Shown one piece after another: positions 25,501 through 38,851 of a stretch of DNA of 64,000 bases. The stretch covers positions 392,274,001 through 392,338,000 of the forward strand of contig OZ024740.1 in NCBI GenBank assembly GCA_964016885.1. The letters are read 5' to 3'. Position 1 is the first letter of the stretch, and each line of letters begins with the position of its first letter. The notes under the pieces are model-generated. The model did no database searches, had not been told where the DNA came from, and worked only from the letters and a program-made list of their open reading frames with translations. Position numbers and translations under genes: made by a program. The stretch comes from Eledone cirrhosa. Lineage: Eukaryota.

Positions 25501-25565
<65 letters not shown>

Positions 25566-26219
25566 ACATATATGAGCTAGACATAGTCACCTGACCTGGC
25601 ATTACCCACAACAGGACAACTCGTCTAACCCATGCTAGCATGGAAAAATGGACGTAAAACAGTGATGATCAGGATGATACATATATTTATATGATGTACA
25701 CATTGTAAATCTTGGGTACACACGAGATGCTGTAGGGTAATGAGTAAGCTAACAGGAAGGGAAGACTTTGTTTGTAGAGGATGCACAGGGGTAACCAAGG
25801 GGAAGATAACCAGTAATGTAAGCCAATTTCAATCACAGGAAGGACCCATAGAAGTGGTTGATAGCTTCTGCTATTCTGGAGGGAGTGCTCTGAGAGCATA
25901 ATAGCTAGAATAAGGTTCTGACTTGTTTTCCTCATCATATTGCAGTTTCAGTGTTCTAATTCACACCAGTCACCAATCTGGTACTTTGACAAACCTGCAA
26001 AGACTAGCCGTTTTTAGAGGCAGCCTTTACTTGCCTCATCATAGCTATGTCACTGAGTTGTGAGAGGTTTCTTGGGAGCTACAGGTGTCAACCATTGCTT
26101 CATCTCCCTTAGTAGTTTACCTCTTTTGGTCCAGAGTTTCTTATTCATTCGGCAGTTGCCCACTTATATCACAACTAGCCATCATATCTGGTAGCTGTAT
26201 TGCTATCTGCTACTTGTGC

Positions 26220-26490
26220 AGGACAGAAGACTACATTGGTTTGGACATGTGATGCGCATAGACAATAATCATTGGGTGAAGAAGTGCCAGGAAATGCCAG
26301 TGGAGGGAAGTTGCAGTAGAGGTAGACCAAGAAAAACCTAGGCAGAGGTTGTGAGAGCTGATCTCAAATCACTGAGACTCACAGAGGCGATGACAAAGAA
26401 TCGTGATGTGTCAAGAGATGCTGTGCTGAGAAGGACCCATCCAACCCATGCAAGCATGGAAAAGCAGACAAAAAAAGGATGATGATGATT
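26220..26490 (+). mobile_element. RTE LINE 3' end
   Basis: RRLHWFGHVMRIDNNHWVKKC..VEGSCSRGRPRKT and the RTE tail. Confidence 0.82.
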
Positions 26491-29400
26491 ATTTATATAT
26501 ATATATTATCATCATCATCATCTTATATATACACACAAGAGAGAGAGAGAGATAAAACTACATTTTTAGAACGATTTTAGAGAAGATTGGCCGGGGAAAA
26601 TAAAACATAGGCATGTACACACAAACAGTGTCACATACACACCAACACATTAGTCAACCCACATTTGCCAAAATGCACTACTATCTCATGATACGTTCCA
26701 TAAAACTATACATGTTAATTGATTTGTTGAACATTCCCACACTTATATATTTGATGAAACAGTCAGATCAAAAAAAGACTTTAAAATACCATGACTGAGA
26801 ATATATAAATAATGAAAATTCCTCTGGCTACATTTTCCTAACAAATTTTATTGTGCGTTTATTTTGCAATATTTTGACTTGGTGCTTGGTTAATGGGGAT
26901 TATACACTGCTATAAATGGCAACTTTAAGGAATTTATGTGAGAGGGTTGTCACTACAGAGAAGCAAGATTGGGTGTATTGCAAACCAGCTAAACCTCAAT
27001 ACCAAAAGGTTGATGGTTTCAACAGACATCAAGAGTAATTAGTGTCTGACAAAAGGTACTACCAATCTATATATATTGGCTAGATGGAGCCAATAGTCTC
27101 TGTTTATGTTGACAATGCAATTGATAGCTTTGAAAGTGAAATTAAATGCTAAATAACACTGCTTTAAATAAGAGATCTGTGAAAAAGGATCCAACATCAT
27201 TATATGGGTAATTTACATTGGGCTTTTTTTTTATATACAATATATCTAACCTTGTTTTTGTTGGGGGTTCTATATACGTAGAAGCTTTTATGTGTTGTTT
27301 TTATAATAAAAGTACTAAAATATTCTTTCAGTAATTAACATAAATTGCTTTTGAGTAGAAAAAAAAAACGATAATGCCAAGTGTAAATGAAGATTAATTG
27401 ATTAGACAAAATGAACTTTTGTAGACAACTTTAAGTTTAGGGCAATGGACAAAAATGGAAATCTTTTCTTTAAAAAAAAAAAAGTCTAAATAAATAAATA
27501 AATAATGTCCAAATCACTTTTATATCCATTTTTTCATACCTTATAACACACGTTAGATAGTCTTTTTTTTTCTTTTAACATATCTGAATCAAATATAGTT
27601 AGTTTTGCCTTGTTTTGTTTTTAGATGGAAACTTTCCTACGTTGACACTCATATGTCAAGTATGAGTAGTAGAGTATGTGACAGCTAGATAGATAGAGTT
27701 AAGAACAAATTATGTGTCTATGTGCTATATTATCTTAGCTTTGGTACAGTTTGAACTTGAAACTATATAATTAGTCTTTAGTCATTATGCCTAACCTTAT
27801 ATAACATATTTGTTGTAGATTTTAGTTTCACTCGTTATTTTAGTCCAGTATAGATTGGGATTACTAAACATTTACTGTAGGACTACAAAGCCATTAACAT
27901 CTCATTAATATTAACAAAAGATGCATAGTGAAAGAATTTTTTTTATTACTGAGAGTGTAGATTTAATATAATCTGAATTATTACTTCTTTCATAAGCTAA
28001 TGATTGTAGATGGGCAAAATCAAACAAAATATCTTATGCTATTTAGTTATATGTTCTGAGTTCAGATCCCATCCTTGAACCTAGTGCCCAGCATTGCCTC
28101 AGTTCAATCACTGGAGCAAATAAAAGTAGTGGAGACTTCCAGTGCTCTTCATTTCCATACTGCCTCCCCATTTGATTAGTATTTTATTTCAATCAATCAA
28201 TCAAGTTCCTACAGCTGGTGCAGTCAGTTGTTATGGCGCCGTCCTAGATGTTTGACTATGTCTGTCCATCGTGATATTTCAGTGGGTCTTAGAAATGCTT
28301 GATGTTGTCCATCTCATCTCTAAGCATCTAGTCCCTCACTAATTTTAGTCTGTCAGCAGAAGTAGTTACAGGAGTGTGGCTGAAAAATATCTAGGAACAA
28401 AAATTGAAAATCAGGTGAGAACGAGTGTATCCATCCCTATGGATGCCACTGCTGGTCATCAAGATATTCTCTTTATCTGAACACTTCAGATTTGTGATAG
28501 TTTCTTTAAATACTGGATAACAGTATGTCCAGTATTGCAATAACATTCCTTCAAATCACTTTACTTTATTTTCAAAGGAACATTAGATAACACTATGACC
28601 TGTGTTGAAATAACATTACTTTCAATCCTTTCACTCTTCTTTCAAAGAGGCAATGAGTAATATTATATCCAGTTTTTAAATAATGTTTCTTTAAATCCTG
28701 GATAATGCTACATCAGGTATTGAATTAACACTTCTTCAAATCACATTTTCTTTACAGCATGTACTTATATACATGAGGCTCTAGTAGTATAGTATTAATA
28801 ATTGCTAAGCCATCCTTAATGGTGTAAAATGGTTAAAAAGCAAAAACATGTATGACTCAGAAAGAGGGAGAGTGAGAGAGGGTTTTGTTATAAGGAGAAA
28901 CTGTGAGGTAGTACAAATCATATTTCCTTTCATGTTATGTTTCGAAATTTTCTTTCCATTTTATTTTTCAACTCTTGCTAGCAGGGAAAAACAGACATTT
29001 AATGATGATTATGATGATGATGACAATGGAAGAATTTATTTTCTAGTGGGAAATATGCAAATTATTTATAGTTATTCCTTGAGTCCTTTTCAGAATTATT
29101 CTTCAAGTTAGATGAATTTAAATGAACCCTATTGAGTTCATACATACAGATACACAGACTCTCACACACACACTCACATATACACATGTATTTAATTCTG
29201 GCTCAAGTAATATATATGTACAACTCATGTAACATGATTATTCATGGCTCAGCTATCTATTATTATATAGTTACATATGATTCATTAGCAAGTTGTCACT
29301 AGTAATGTAGATAATTTGCTGCATGCTGACATTTGCTGTTTTGGTGAACCTGAGTTTGTGATGTCATCTAAAACTTAAAACTTTCCAACAGATCAATTTT

Positions 29401-29559
29401 CTGATGATAGATTAAATGTTTTATCTTTTTTATTTTTTACCCTTGTAGCTTTGTAAGATAATATATCCCTTTACAGCCATAAGTAACACTTACAAGGATT
29501 TGTCATATTGGTATGAAATTGAATCAACCTCAATATTTGACTGGTATTATTTTAATGTG

Positions 29560-29742
29560 TATTGGTAGTATCGGTAGAGGGTCGGACGCCATGCTTTGAC
29601 GCATAGAGTTACGGTCCTTGCCATTCTGAGTTCAAATCCCGCTGAGGTTAACTTTGCCTTTCATCCTTACGGGGTCGATAAAATAAAGTACCAGTAATGT
29701 ACTGGGTAATTGCTGGCCCTGTGCCAAAAGTAGAAACAATTA
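29560..29742 (+). mobile_element. Family-A SINE
   Basis: Head, core and tail all present. Confidence 0.88.
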
Positions 29743-30379
29743 TTTTAATAACCATGGCAGATGAACGAAAAATCATCCCTGAGGTAGAACTAGATCGTGT
29801 AAAGTTTTAGTCCAGCATGTTAAAATTGTTATTACACCTCCAGCTTCAATTATACTAAGGTTATGCCCTTATCATTGAACCTGTAATAGTGGAGACTTCC
29901 AGCATTCTTCATTTCTATACCACTTCCCTACTCACGTTATCAGGGTGAAGTTGGCTGCTGCAGGAGTCAGCTCCTCAAGCTGAAATGGCTATTTGAACTT
30001 GTCTCCCTCACTGTCCACTAGGATATCACTTTCTCCATTCTGTCTGCTAGGACCACTAGGACCACTAGGTGGCTTGTGCCTAGGATTCTGCATCCCAGAG
30101 AGCCTTGTCCTTCAATGTCTGGGCTCATATCATTGGGGTAGCAATTATTAAGTATTCATTCTTATGAATTGAAAAAATAAATTGAAAATGTTTTATAAAA
30201 CCTAAGTTAAATACAGTCCTCAAGTGCATAAGAGATCTGTTGAGGAGTGATGTGAGTTTGATCCTCCCCCCTCTGAGCAATTTCACTTCATTTACTCTTA
30301 GTACTTGTGATTTGCAGTTGTAGACAATTGTCAAGAGAGATATGGGCTCTTCTTGCAGGCTGACTCACCTTAGGGACAC

Positions 30380-30510
30380 TGTATCTATCTATGCTCACTA
30401 CCAGGTTACATGTCTTTACATGTGCTCTCCAAAGCTCTCGATCCATCATCGGTGTTCTGAGCTCTCCTACATGGCCCACTCTGGTATCTTTCAGCAGACT
30501 ATTAATGTAG
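30380..30510 (-). mobile_element. RTE/RTE-X LINE C-terminal fragment
   Basis: YINSLLKDT...ELRTPMMDRELWR. Confidence 0.55.
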
Positions 30511-30615
30511 TTAATTGAATTTAGTAAAAATACTCCTGAGTCAGAGAGGGAGCCTCTTTGGTGTCACTCGACCTGCTACAAATAGTTGTCAAATCTCTCT
30601 CAAATTACACCTGAC

Positions 30616-30658
<43 letters not shown>

Positions 30659-31423
30659 GGATTCATTAGATATGAAATGATAGTGAAATAAAACTCCTTT
30701 GATCATAGATCAGTTCAATTAGGGTTGTAAAAACTGAAAAACCCATATAGAAACAACATTAATTTTGATTTCTAGTTCAATCAAATTCACCTTCGGTGAG
30801 CTCAGAACCACCACACCAATTGTATTGGCTACTGTCAACATCAACATTCATCAACACCATGATAGCCACCACCACTAGCATCATCATTGTTTTAACAAAG
30901 TCACTAATACAGCTCAGTTTTCTCCTCACTCTCTTACTTTTTCTCTCATTCTATCTCTCCCAATCATCTCCTCATTCTCCTCAAGTTGTTTCTCTGTCTT
31001 ACTATAGTCTTCCTTCCCTATGTCATCTATATCTAACAACAACTTTCCTCTCTTCCTTTCATTCTATTGTTTATTCATAGTTAAGTCAGTACCAACATAA
31101 CCAAAATTATGCACATAATGAGAAAAAAACATTAAGCTAATTATTAATTCTGGGCAAGAAAAGTAGGGGAGACAACTCCAAAATTTAATTTAATTGTGAT
31201 TGAGTACAGAACTTACTCTTATTTGACCTTATCAGTGCAACATAATCTTTATTTGTATCCCTGTTCACAGTAACTGATTTAAAGCTGGTTATTCCTCCTC
31301 TTCTTCTCTCATAATTACTAGAAGCTTATAATACTTTCTTCTCATTAACTGCATCTCTTCTAACATGTCTGTAGTTCTACCTCCTTTTCCACTAGCTGTC
31401 TCTTTTCAGACCCACATATACAG

Positions 31424-31430
<7 letters not shown>

Positions 31431-31471
<41 letters not shown>

Positions 31472-31472
31472 A

Positions 31473-31504
<32 letters not shown>
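31431..31504. repeat. (CA)n microsatellite
   Basis: Direct reading. Confidence 0.95.
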
Positions 31505-32596
31505 ACTGTTATTTTAATGCATGGAGAAATTTGAAATTATCCATTTCAAAATAAATTTGTTTGAAATTAAAATGTCCACAATGACATCTATTTTGAACTT
31601 ACAAATTAAAAACTATCCTTATTTAATTACACACATAACTATGTCTTAATTGCCTTAACTTAAACACAAACAAATTGACACTATACCAATGCTATACACA
31701 AACTCAATCAAACATTAACCATCAACCAACACCCAACCTTATCCGCCAGATACATACCACATTACACATAAAGTAAAATTAATTACATTCTTCAAAACCT
31801 TACCAAGCACTCCCAGCAATGCAACCAAACTTACACCAATGGTATGGGACCAACAGACATCACCAGGTTTCAACCGTCTTATTACATGGCCCTCCATCAC
31901 TACATCTGCCCTCCCTGGCACTGGTGAGTGCCAACCCCACCTCAGTGCTAAATAACCAATCACCCATGCCAGCAACCTCCACCAATTCAGTGTTCTCATC
32001 ACCATATATCCTTCCCCAAGCATAACCCTGTCAAATCACATCACACTTGCCATAACTTCATACTTATCTCCCTGATATCGACTCCACACCCACCCAACAG
32101 AGCAGAGTAGGCTCTTCCGTTGGGACCAGAACCAACAGCCTTTCTCGCATTGGTGCCATGTAGGGTGGTTGGCAACAGGAAGGGCACACTGCTGTAGAAA
32201 CCATGACTATAAAAATAAAATGGTTTAGGGGACCTTTCAGGCATGTTACGACATAGCAACATTCCTAGTATTGGTGATCTACACAATAAATGCACCCAAT
32301 ATATGCTGTAAAGAGGTTGGTGATAGAAAGGGAATCCAGCGTAGAAAGCTTGCCAAACAAAGAGTTGGGAGGACCTTTCAGTTGTGTCAAGGACATGACA
32401 GATTCCCTAGTGACGTTAAACGATGATGATGCTGATTTGTATCTGTTGATTAGTTTAGCTGTCAATATATGTATATACATTTCACTTTCCTTTAGTATAC
32501 ATATAAACAAATGCACATACAATGTCTATTTGTTTTTATAAATGTGCATGTTCTAAATTTGGCAATTTGAAATGTAATATCTGTTTTTAATTTCAG

Positions 32597-32958
32597 ATTC
32601 GGATGATGGATCTCGGTTTAAGTGGAAGGCCAGGGATAAAGTCTTAGCATTACTTCGTCAAAAAAATTGCTTTCATTCTTCACAGTCATCTTGTCCTAAA
32701 AACTCCACTTCCACATCTAGTTCAAATCAATCTGAATTTTCTGATAGCAATGCAGATACTGTTGTCTACCCTCTACTACAAATGGGAGCACTTGGAATCC
32801 AGGATGATGAAGAAGTTACAAAATACCTTTTGAGATCTGCCACCCAAGAAGATGAGATTTTGTTGGCCTCTGGTTACTTTAATCTTACTGACCACTACTT
32901 GAAGTTAATTCTAGAGAAATCTTCTGCTAGATTTAAAATAATGATGGCTTCCCCTGAG
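32597..32958 (+). CDS. PGS1: PGS1 internal exon
   Basis: Acceptor tttcag|at, donor gag|gtatta; DTVVYPLLQM...LASGYFNLTDHYLKLI...IMMASPE; 362 nt, phase 1/0 fits both neighbours. Confidence 0.93.
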
Positions 32959-34355
32959 GTATTACTTTTAATTTTTTTTTTATGTTTTATTTCCCTATAT
33001 TCAATGTGTATCCAACTGATCAGCATGGAGTTGTTTACCAAACTACTTCATCTGGTCTATAGGTCTGCTGTCATCTTACTCTGCCTTTTTTTCCATTACT
33101 ACTGTGATCTCTTGTCCCACCATACCTTCTTGACTCAGGCCCACCTGACTCATTTGTCTCTCTTCCTTTTGTCACCCATATTGTGTCTACCCCACTTCTC
33201 ACACTAATCACTATGTCCAATCCCCTTGGAATATCAACTAAGTCTTTCCTCATCCATGTTTATCATGAAGTTATTCAAAAAGAACCTCAACTTCATCAAT
33301 CTCACTTCTCTCAGAGGGTCTACAAAGTCAATAGTGTCAGCTCCTTCCGCCAGATGAAACTATTAAAAATAACTTTTAATAGCAGTCTGTCTATTTGTTT
33401 AGTCAGAAAGGGAATAGATTAGAATGTTGATGTACAACATTTAAATGAAGATGACAGTCTACCACCACCATCACCACTGTCATTGTTGTTGTTTTAACAT
33501 CTGTTTAGTGATGCTGGCATTGCTCAAATAAGTTTGTAATATAGCACACCAACATACTTAAAGAACCTAATACTGTGTTCTGCTTTTTTTATTTGTTTAT
33601 ATTTTGTATTACTGCTTGCTCTTCCTTTTGGTCAACCACTTGCAGAGTGAACAAGGTGTAGTTATTGTGACACCTGTTCTTGTAAAGTAGCTCCTCAATA
33701 TTTTGAAGTAGCATCTCACCTCAGTGGGTAACTATAGTATAAAGACCCTCATGGATGCTTAGATGCTTACAACCATGATTCTGTTGTGAATATCAATTTT
33801 GAAAAGATTATTTTTACCACAGCAAAAAAAAAAAAAAAAGGATGCCAAGTCTGGATACATAGGATTCATTCCAGTAAAATGGAGTATGTGCTGAGATAGA
33901 AACAGTGTGGGTTTAGGCTGGAGCATTTCTATTGAAATAGCAAAGCAAATATGGGATAGAAAATGATATGAGACAGGTTAAGCGGAGTTAGGAATAGGTA
34001 TACCTGTCAAGAGAATTGAACAAGAAATTGCAGAATTATCATGACATTGATTTGAAAAATATGTAAAAAGATAGTAAATACAACAGCTTTATGGATAAGG
34101 GATATGGATGGAAAATTTTGAGAAAGAAAAAGTCTGTGCTGAAAATATATTTTGCTTCTACATGGCTCAAGTAAAAATGCTCAAGAATTTTTTTCCTGAA
34201 GATGGTTGGAGAACTTACTGATTGAAACATTGATAGGGTACAAAAATATGTAGTTAATGGTTCAGAAGACATAAACTATACTAGCAAATAAACTCATATA
34301 ACTAGTTGTTATGCCTGCTATGTTGGCTTAAGACTATAAATATATAGATTTAGAG

Positions 34356-34493
34356 CAAGCATGGGCAACCCTTTTCAAGCAGTGGGTTGTATGAGATAAG
34401 GCTAAAAAAAGTTTATGGTAATTTTTCAGGTATGCCATTTAGAAAAGCAATGGGCCATATGTGGCCTGTAGGCCAGTAGTTTACGCTTGACTG
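34356..34493. mobile_element. Short hAT-type MITE, decayed
   Basis: Starts caagcatgggcaacc and ends ...gtttacgcttgactg; 8-bp TSD atttagag/atttagaa. Confidence 0.6.
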
Positions 34494-34939
34494 ATTTAGA
34501 ATAATGTGAATGAGAGAAGCAAAGAAAAACATATAGAAGAAAATCCAAAAAGCAAAAGGCATTTAGGAGTAGTATGATTTGAATTCAGAGAGAGAGAACT
34601 AAAGATTTAGTCTTCAGACAAAAAATCTAGTACAATCATTATCATAGAGATTCTTCTCATGGTTATAGGGCAGGCGTGACTTGTGTAGGTACAAAGTTTG
34701 CTTCACAATCATGTAGCTCCAGGCTTCATCCCATTGTGCTGTACCTTGGGAAAGTGTCTTCTGCCCATAGCCTTGGATTGACCTCGCTAGTGGAAATTAT
34801 TATGTCGAAGTCTATTGTATATATGTATGTGTGTGTTTATATCTTTCACTGATGTATATCAGAAACTGATGTAGATGTCCATGAAAAATCAGTACTCTTT
34901 AAGCAGAGTACATCAAGTTATAGATACTCCCTGGCCATT

Positions 34940-35415
34940 CTCTTTTCTGAGGGAGCTACTACTTCTGTTGGTAACAAAGATATTTTATTTTTGAGTAAAG
35001 TCAAGATGGTATAATGTCTGTGAAAGTAGTTAGTGCAGTGTTACATTGTAGAGAGATTTGGGCATTGAATATGGACGGTATGTAATGGCTAGAAAGAAAT
35101 TAATGAGGGATGCTTTGATGGTTATGTAATGTTAGTGTGCTTAAATGACAAAGGACAGATTAGTTGAGAGAAACACTGGGTATAAAAGGAATCGGATGTT
35201 GTGTGTATGAGAGAAAATTCTGCTGGTTTAGACATGTAATGTGTATGGATGATGATCATAGGGAGAAGATATCCCAGGATTTCCGAGTAAAAGAAAGTTG
35301 TGGTAGAGATAGCCCAAGAAATACTGAACCTCACAAAGAAAATACAAAGGAAAGACACAAATGGAAGGATATTATGCAAGATAGCCAAACCTAAGCAAGC
35401 ATGGGAAAGTGAACA
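34940..35415 (+). mobile_element. RTE LINE 3' fragment, decayed
   Basis: RELLLLL, LRETLGIKGIGCCVYERKFCWFRHVMCM. Confidence 0.7.
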
Positions 35416-35594
35416 TAAAGATAAGATACCTACCAGTCATATACTGGGGATGATTCTGTCGCTCAACTTTCTTAGCTTCTGCCAATTATCATTACTTCAA
35501 TTTCTTTTTCTCTCTTTTTTAAGTCACTTTTTCTTAAAATTTGTCAGTATTTCATAAAAAGTTCTATCTGTCAAACTTCATCTGAACTATGTAT

Positions 35595-35721
<127 letters not shown>

Positions 35722-35804
35722 TCAACATGAATGGACCTGTTTTTATCGAAAGACATTTTTTCCAATTCCACCCCTCCCATCAATCTATCTTATTTCTTAT
35801 TCTT

Positions 35805-35839
35805 TCTTCTGATGAAGGACTAGCACTGAAACGTTAAGA
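35805..35839 (+). ncRNA. Minimal type I hammerhead-ribozyme motif (Penelope-like)
   Basis: tctt-CTGATGA-aggactagcact-GAAA-cg-TT-aaga: core motifs, palindromic ACGT stem III, 4-bp stem I, weak stem II. Confidence 0.5.
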
Positions 35840-35923
35840 CCCTCTTCCTGCTATTTCAAGCGTTAACCTAATATATTCCTTCCATATACTGTATCGATTG
35901 TGTTGTTATTTCTGTTTACTTTT

Positions 35924-35961
<38 letters not shown>

Positions 35962-36820
35962 GAGTCAGGACCCCGACAGCTGAGCTCCGGCCATTTCGAC
36001 AGCTAGATCCGAACTATATATAATCATCATCATCATATATAAATGTACTATTTCTTAAAATTTGCCAGTATTTCTTAAAGAATTCTTTCTGTCAAACTTT
36101 ATATGAACTATGTATAATATATACTACTTTCTTTGAATGTGTGAAATGAAAACTTGTGATGGTTCTGCCATCTTCCACCATATATCAAATTGCTTCAAAG
36201 AAACTTTGTTGAAAGATTTCAATAACATGATGAATCAAATGATATTCTGAGTCTCTCGAAAACCATCCTTCAATGGCTTTCATTGTTAAGTAAATAGTGT
36301 AATAGGAATTTTGTTAAGCATCTTTAAATGTACTTTTGTCCATGGCCTCTCTAACTTGTACAGATAAAAATTTATCTGTATAAAATGTAAACTTACTTTT
36401 CTTTCATTTCTCAAGTTTGCCTTCATTTCTGGTGGGGAATAGAGGTAGACGCTATTAAATGAAAGTAGTATTTAAGTTTTAAGGTATTTGTAACTTCCCT
36501 TCCTAAAAATGTATTACCTATTAACAATAAGATATACATTATTTGAATATTTCATTTTTGTGAAAAGGTGTTAAAAATGTATAACATGTAAACTTATTTT
36601 CTTAATAATTAATTGTTATAGTTCACACCCCCATTTAGACACAGTTTACCTGTCTCTTTCTGCAATTACCTCCTATCACCTTTTCTTTCTTCAGGATCAT
36701 TCCTACCCCTATAAAATCCCACCATACCAGTAACTGTTAACATTTTCAATGTACTCCCCTCACTTCCCACTCCTCTCCTTTCGCACATCACCCTGCCAAC
36801 TCACACCATACATCACACTT

Positions 36821-37015
36821 TTAACCCTTTAGCATTTAAACTGACCATATCTGGCCAGAATTCTCTCACCTCTTTCTGTTCAAACCGGTCATAACTGGCC
36901 CCTCATACTGATGCTAAATAAATAATATCAATATCTCATAGATTCGATAAAATGCGAGATAATTATGTAGGATAAAGCCTTTACCACGAAAGTAATATAA
37001 ATGCTAAAGGGTTAA
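36821..37015 (+). mobile_element. piggyBac-type MITE
   Basis: TTAA TSD and TIR ccctttagcattta at both ends. Confidence 0.88.
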
Positions 37016-37469
37016 ACCTTACCACACTTGTTATACACTCGTGACATTATATGTTATCGTACCTTCACCCATAGCATCGTGCCTATCACCAGCCAAGATG
37101 ATGAATTTACTGTCATCTGTTATTGAAGTTTGTTATAAGAGGTCCTCATAGAAATGATTCAAGCAAGATACTTTCCATCCACCCACTCAATATACCTTTC
37201 AGTGTACCCAGCTTAAGAGTGACAGTGCTGAGTTACCTAACAGTGGTCATTTGGTTGCAGCTTTCTGTACCTGAAAGGTACATATGGATGTATGATCACT
37301 TGATAATGGTTGAGTTGTTCTCACATATGACTAGCCCAGTCAACCCACTGTCATGCATAGCACTAACATGATTAGTGTTATTTCTGTATATTCAATTAAT
37401 GTAATAGTTATATACATCATCATCATCATCGTTTGACATCCGTTTTCCACGCTAGCATGGGTTAGATAG

Positions 37470-38458
37470 ATGGGAAAGTGTAAATGAACTGAGAGAGGAA
37501 CTGGGCATAAGAGGGATGAGATGCAGTGTGCAGGAGAGAAGATTGCAGAGATATAGACATGTAATGCATATGATGGATGACAGGTGTATAAAAAGGTGCA
37601 GGGCATTTGAAGTTGAAGGAAACTGTGGAAGAGGAAGACTTAGGAAAGCTTGGGATTGAAGTGATAAAAGCTGACTGCACACAATGAACCCCTGGCAATA
37701 TGCAGTACTGCAGAAGACCTGCATTTTCATGTACACAGGATGAAGCAAACATGTAAAGGACACTAGTATGCACCAAATCTTCTTTCCCCCTCCCCCATCC
37801 AGACACCTCCTATGTCTTAACATGCCACTCTTCACCAGTTAAGTACCCCACCTTAGACAATCTCCATCCTGCATACACACACCACACCCTCCCACAACTC
37901 CCCACTTTTCACATCTGACACACCTCTCTTGTCCAACACATCCATACAAGTATGGAAAGCTAGGTACACTCCCACAATGCTGCTAAAATTGCTAAAAGCT
38001 CCAAGTCCACCCTGTAAGGTGACAATGCTGGTAACACGGCAAAAAGCTCCCAGTCCACCCTGTAAAACAGTTGTGTTGGTGACATGACAAAAAGCACCCT
38101 GTAAAGTGGTTGTGTTGGTGGCCCAGCAAAAAGCATCCAGTCGACTTCATAAAAAAATGGTTGTGTTGGAGACATGACAAAAAGCACTCTGCCGACTCTG
38201 TAAGGTGACACAATGAAAAAGTACCCAGTCCAACTTGTTAGTTGGTAATTTTGGTGCCACGTTAAAAATCACCCAGTCCACACTGTAAATGTGGTTGGTG
38301 TTAGGAAGGGCATCCAGCCATAGAAACCAAGCCAACAACAGTTCTGTATGAGCAAGACATGGTCACCTGATCTGACTTGCCTCACAACAGGACAACTCAT
38401 CTAACTCATGCTGGTGTGGAAAATAGATGTTAAATGATGATGATGATGATGATGATGA
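37470..38458 (+). mobile_element. RTE 3' fragment + spacer + tandem repeats + SINE-like module + RTE-type tail
   Basis: ELREELGIRGMRCSVQERRL..., about 7 degenerate units aaaaagcacccagtccaccctgtaa..., ttaggaagggcatccagcc, and tail catgctggtgtggaaaatagatgttaaa(tga)n. Confidence 0.75.
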
Positions 38459-38635
38459 AATATGTATAAGAACATCCAATTGACTTAAGAAACATTAGAA
38501 AAGTCTGAAATTTGAAATTTTGTCTCACTAAGCCATTAAAAAAAGGGAATAGAAAGGAAAATTGGCTCACAGAATAAACCTACTAGGCCAATAAAAACAC
38601 TGACATTTTCTTTTTCAAAGCCATTCAAAACTATA

Positions 38636-38851
38636 TTGACCCTTTAGCATTTAAACCTGCCATATCCGGCTAGAATTCTCTCACCTCTTTCTGTTCAAAC
38701 TGGCTGTAACCAGCTGCTCATACTTATGTTAAGGTATTGTTCTCAAAATAAATAACAACATCAAAATCTCATAGATTTGCTATTATGTGAGATAATTATG
38801 TGAAATAAAGTGTTTACCGAGAAAATACAATAGTAAATACTAAAAGGTTAA
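38636..38851 (+). mobile_element. piggyBac-type MITE
   Basis: ttga-ccctttagcattta...aatactaaaagg-ttaa; same interior as the other copies. Confidence 0.85.

Noticed and set aside
32959-33207. Hydrophobic extension of ORF 32782-33207 (likewise 41858-41997)
   Set aside because: Read-through past a GT donor into T-rich intron; PGS1 similarity resumes in the next exon.
37975-38290. Regular repeats resembling a CRISPR array
   Set aside because: Degenerate tandem units without unique spacers, inside a retroposon 3' region.
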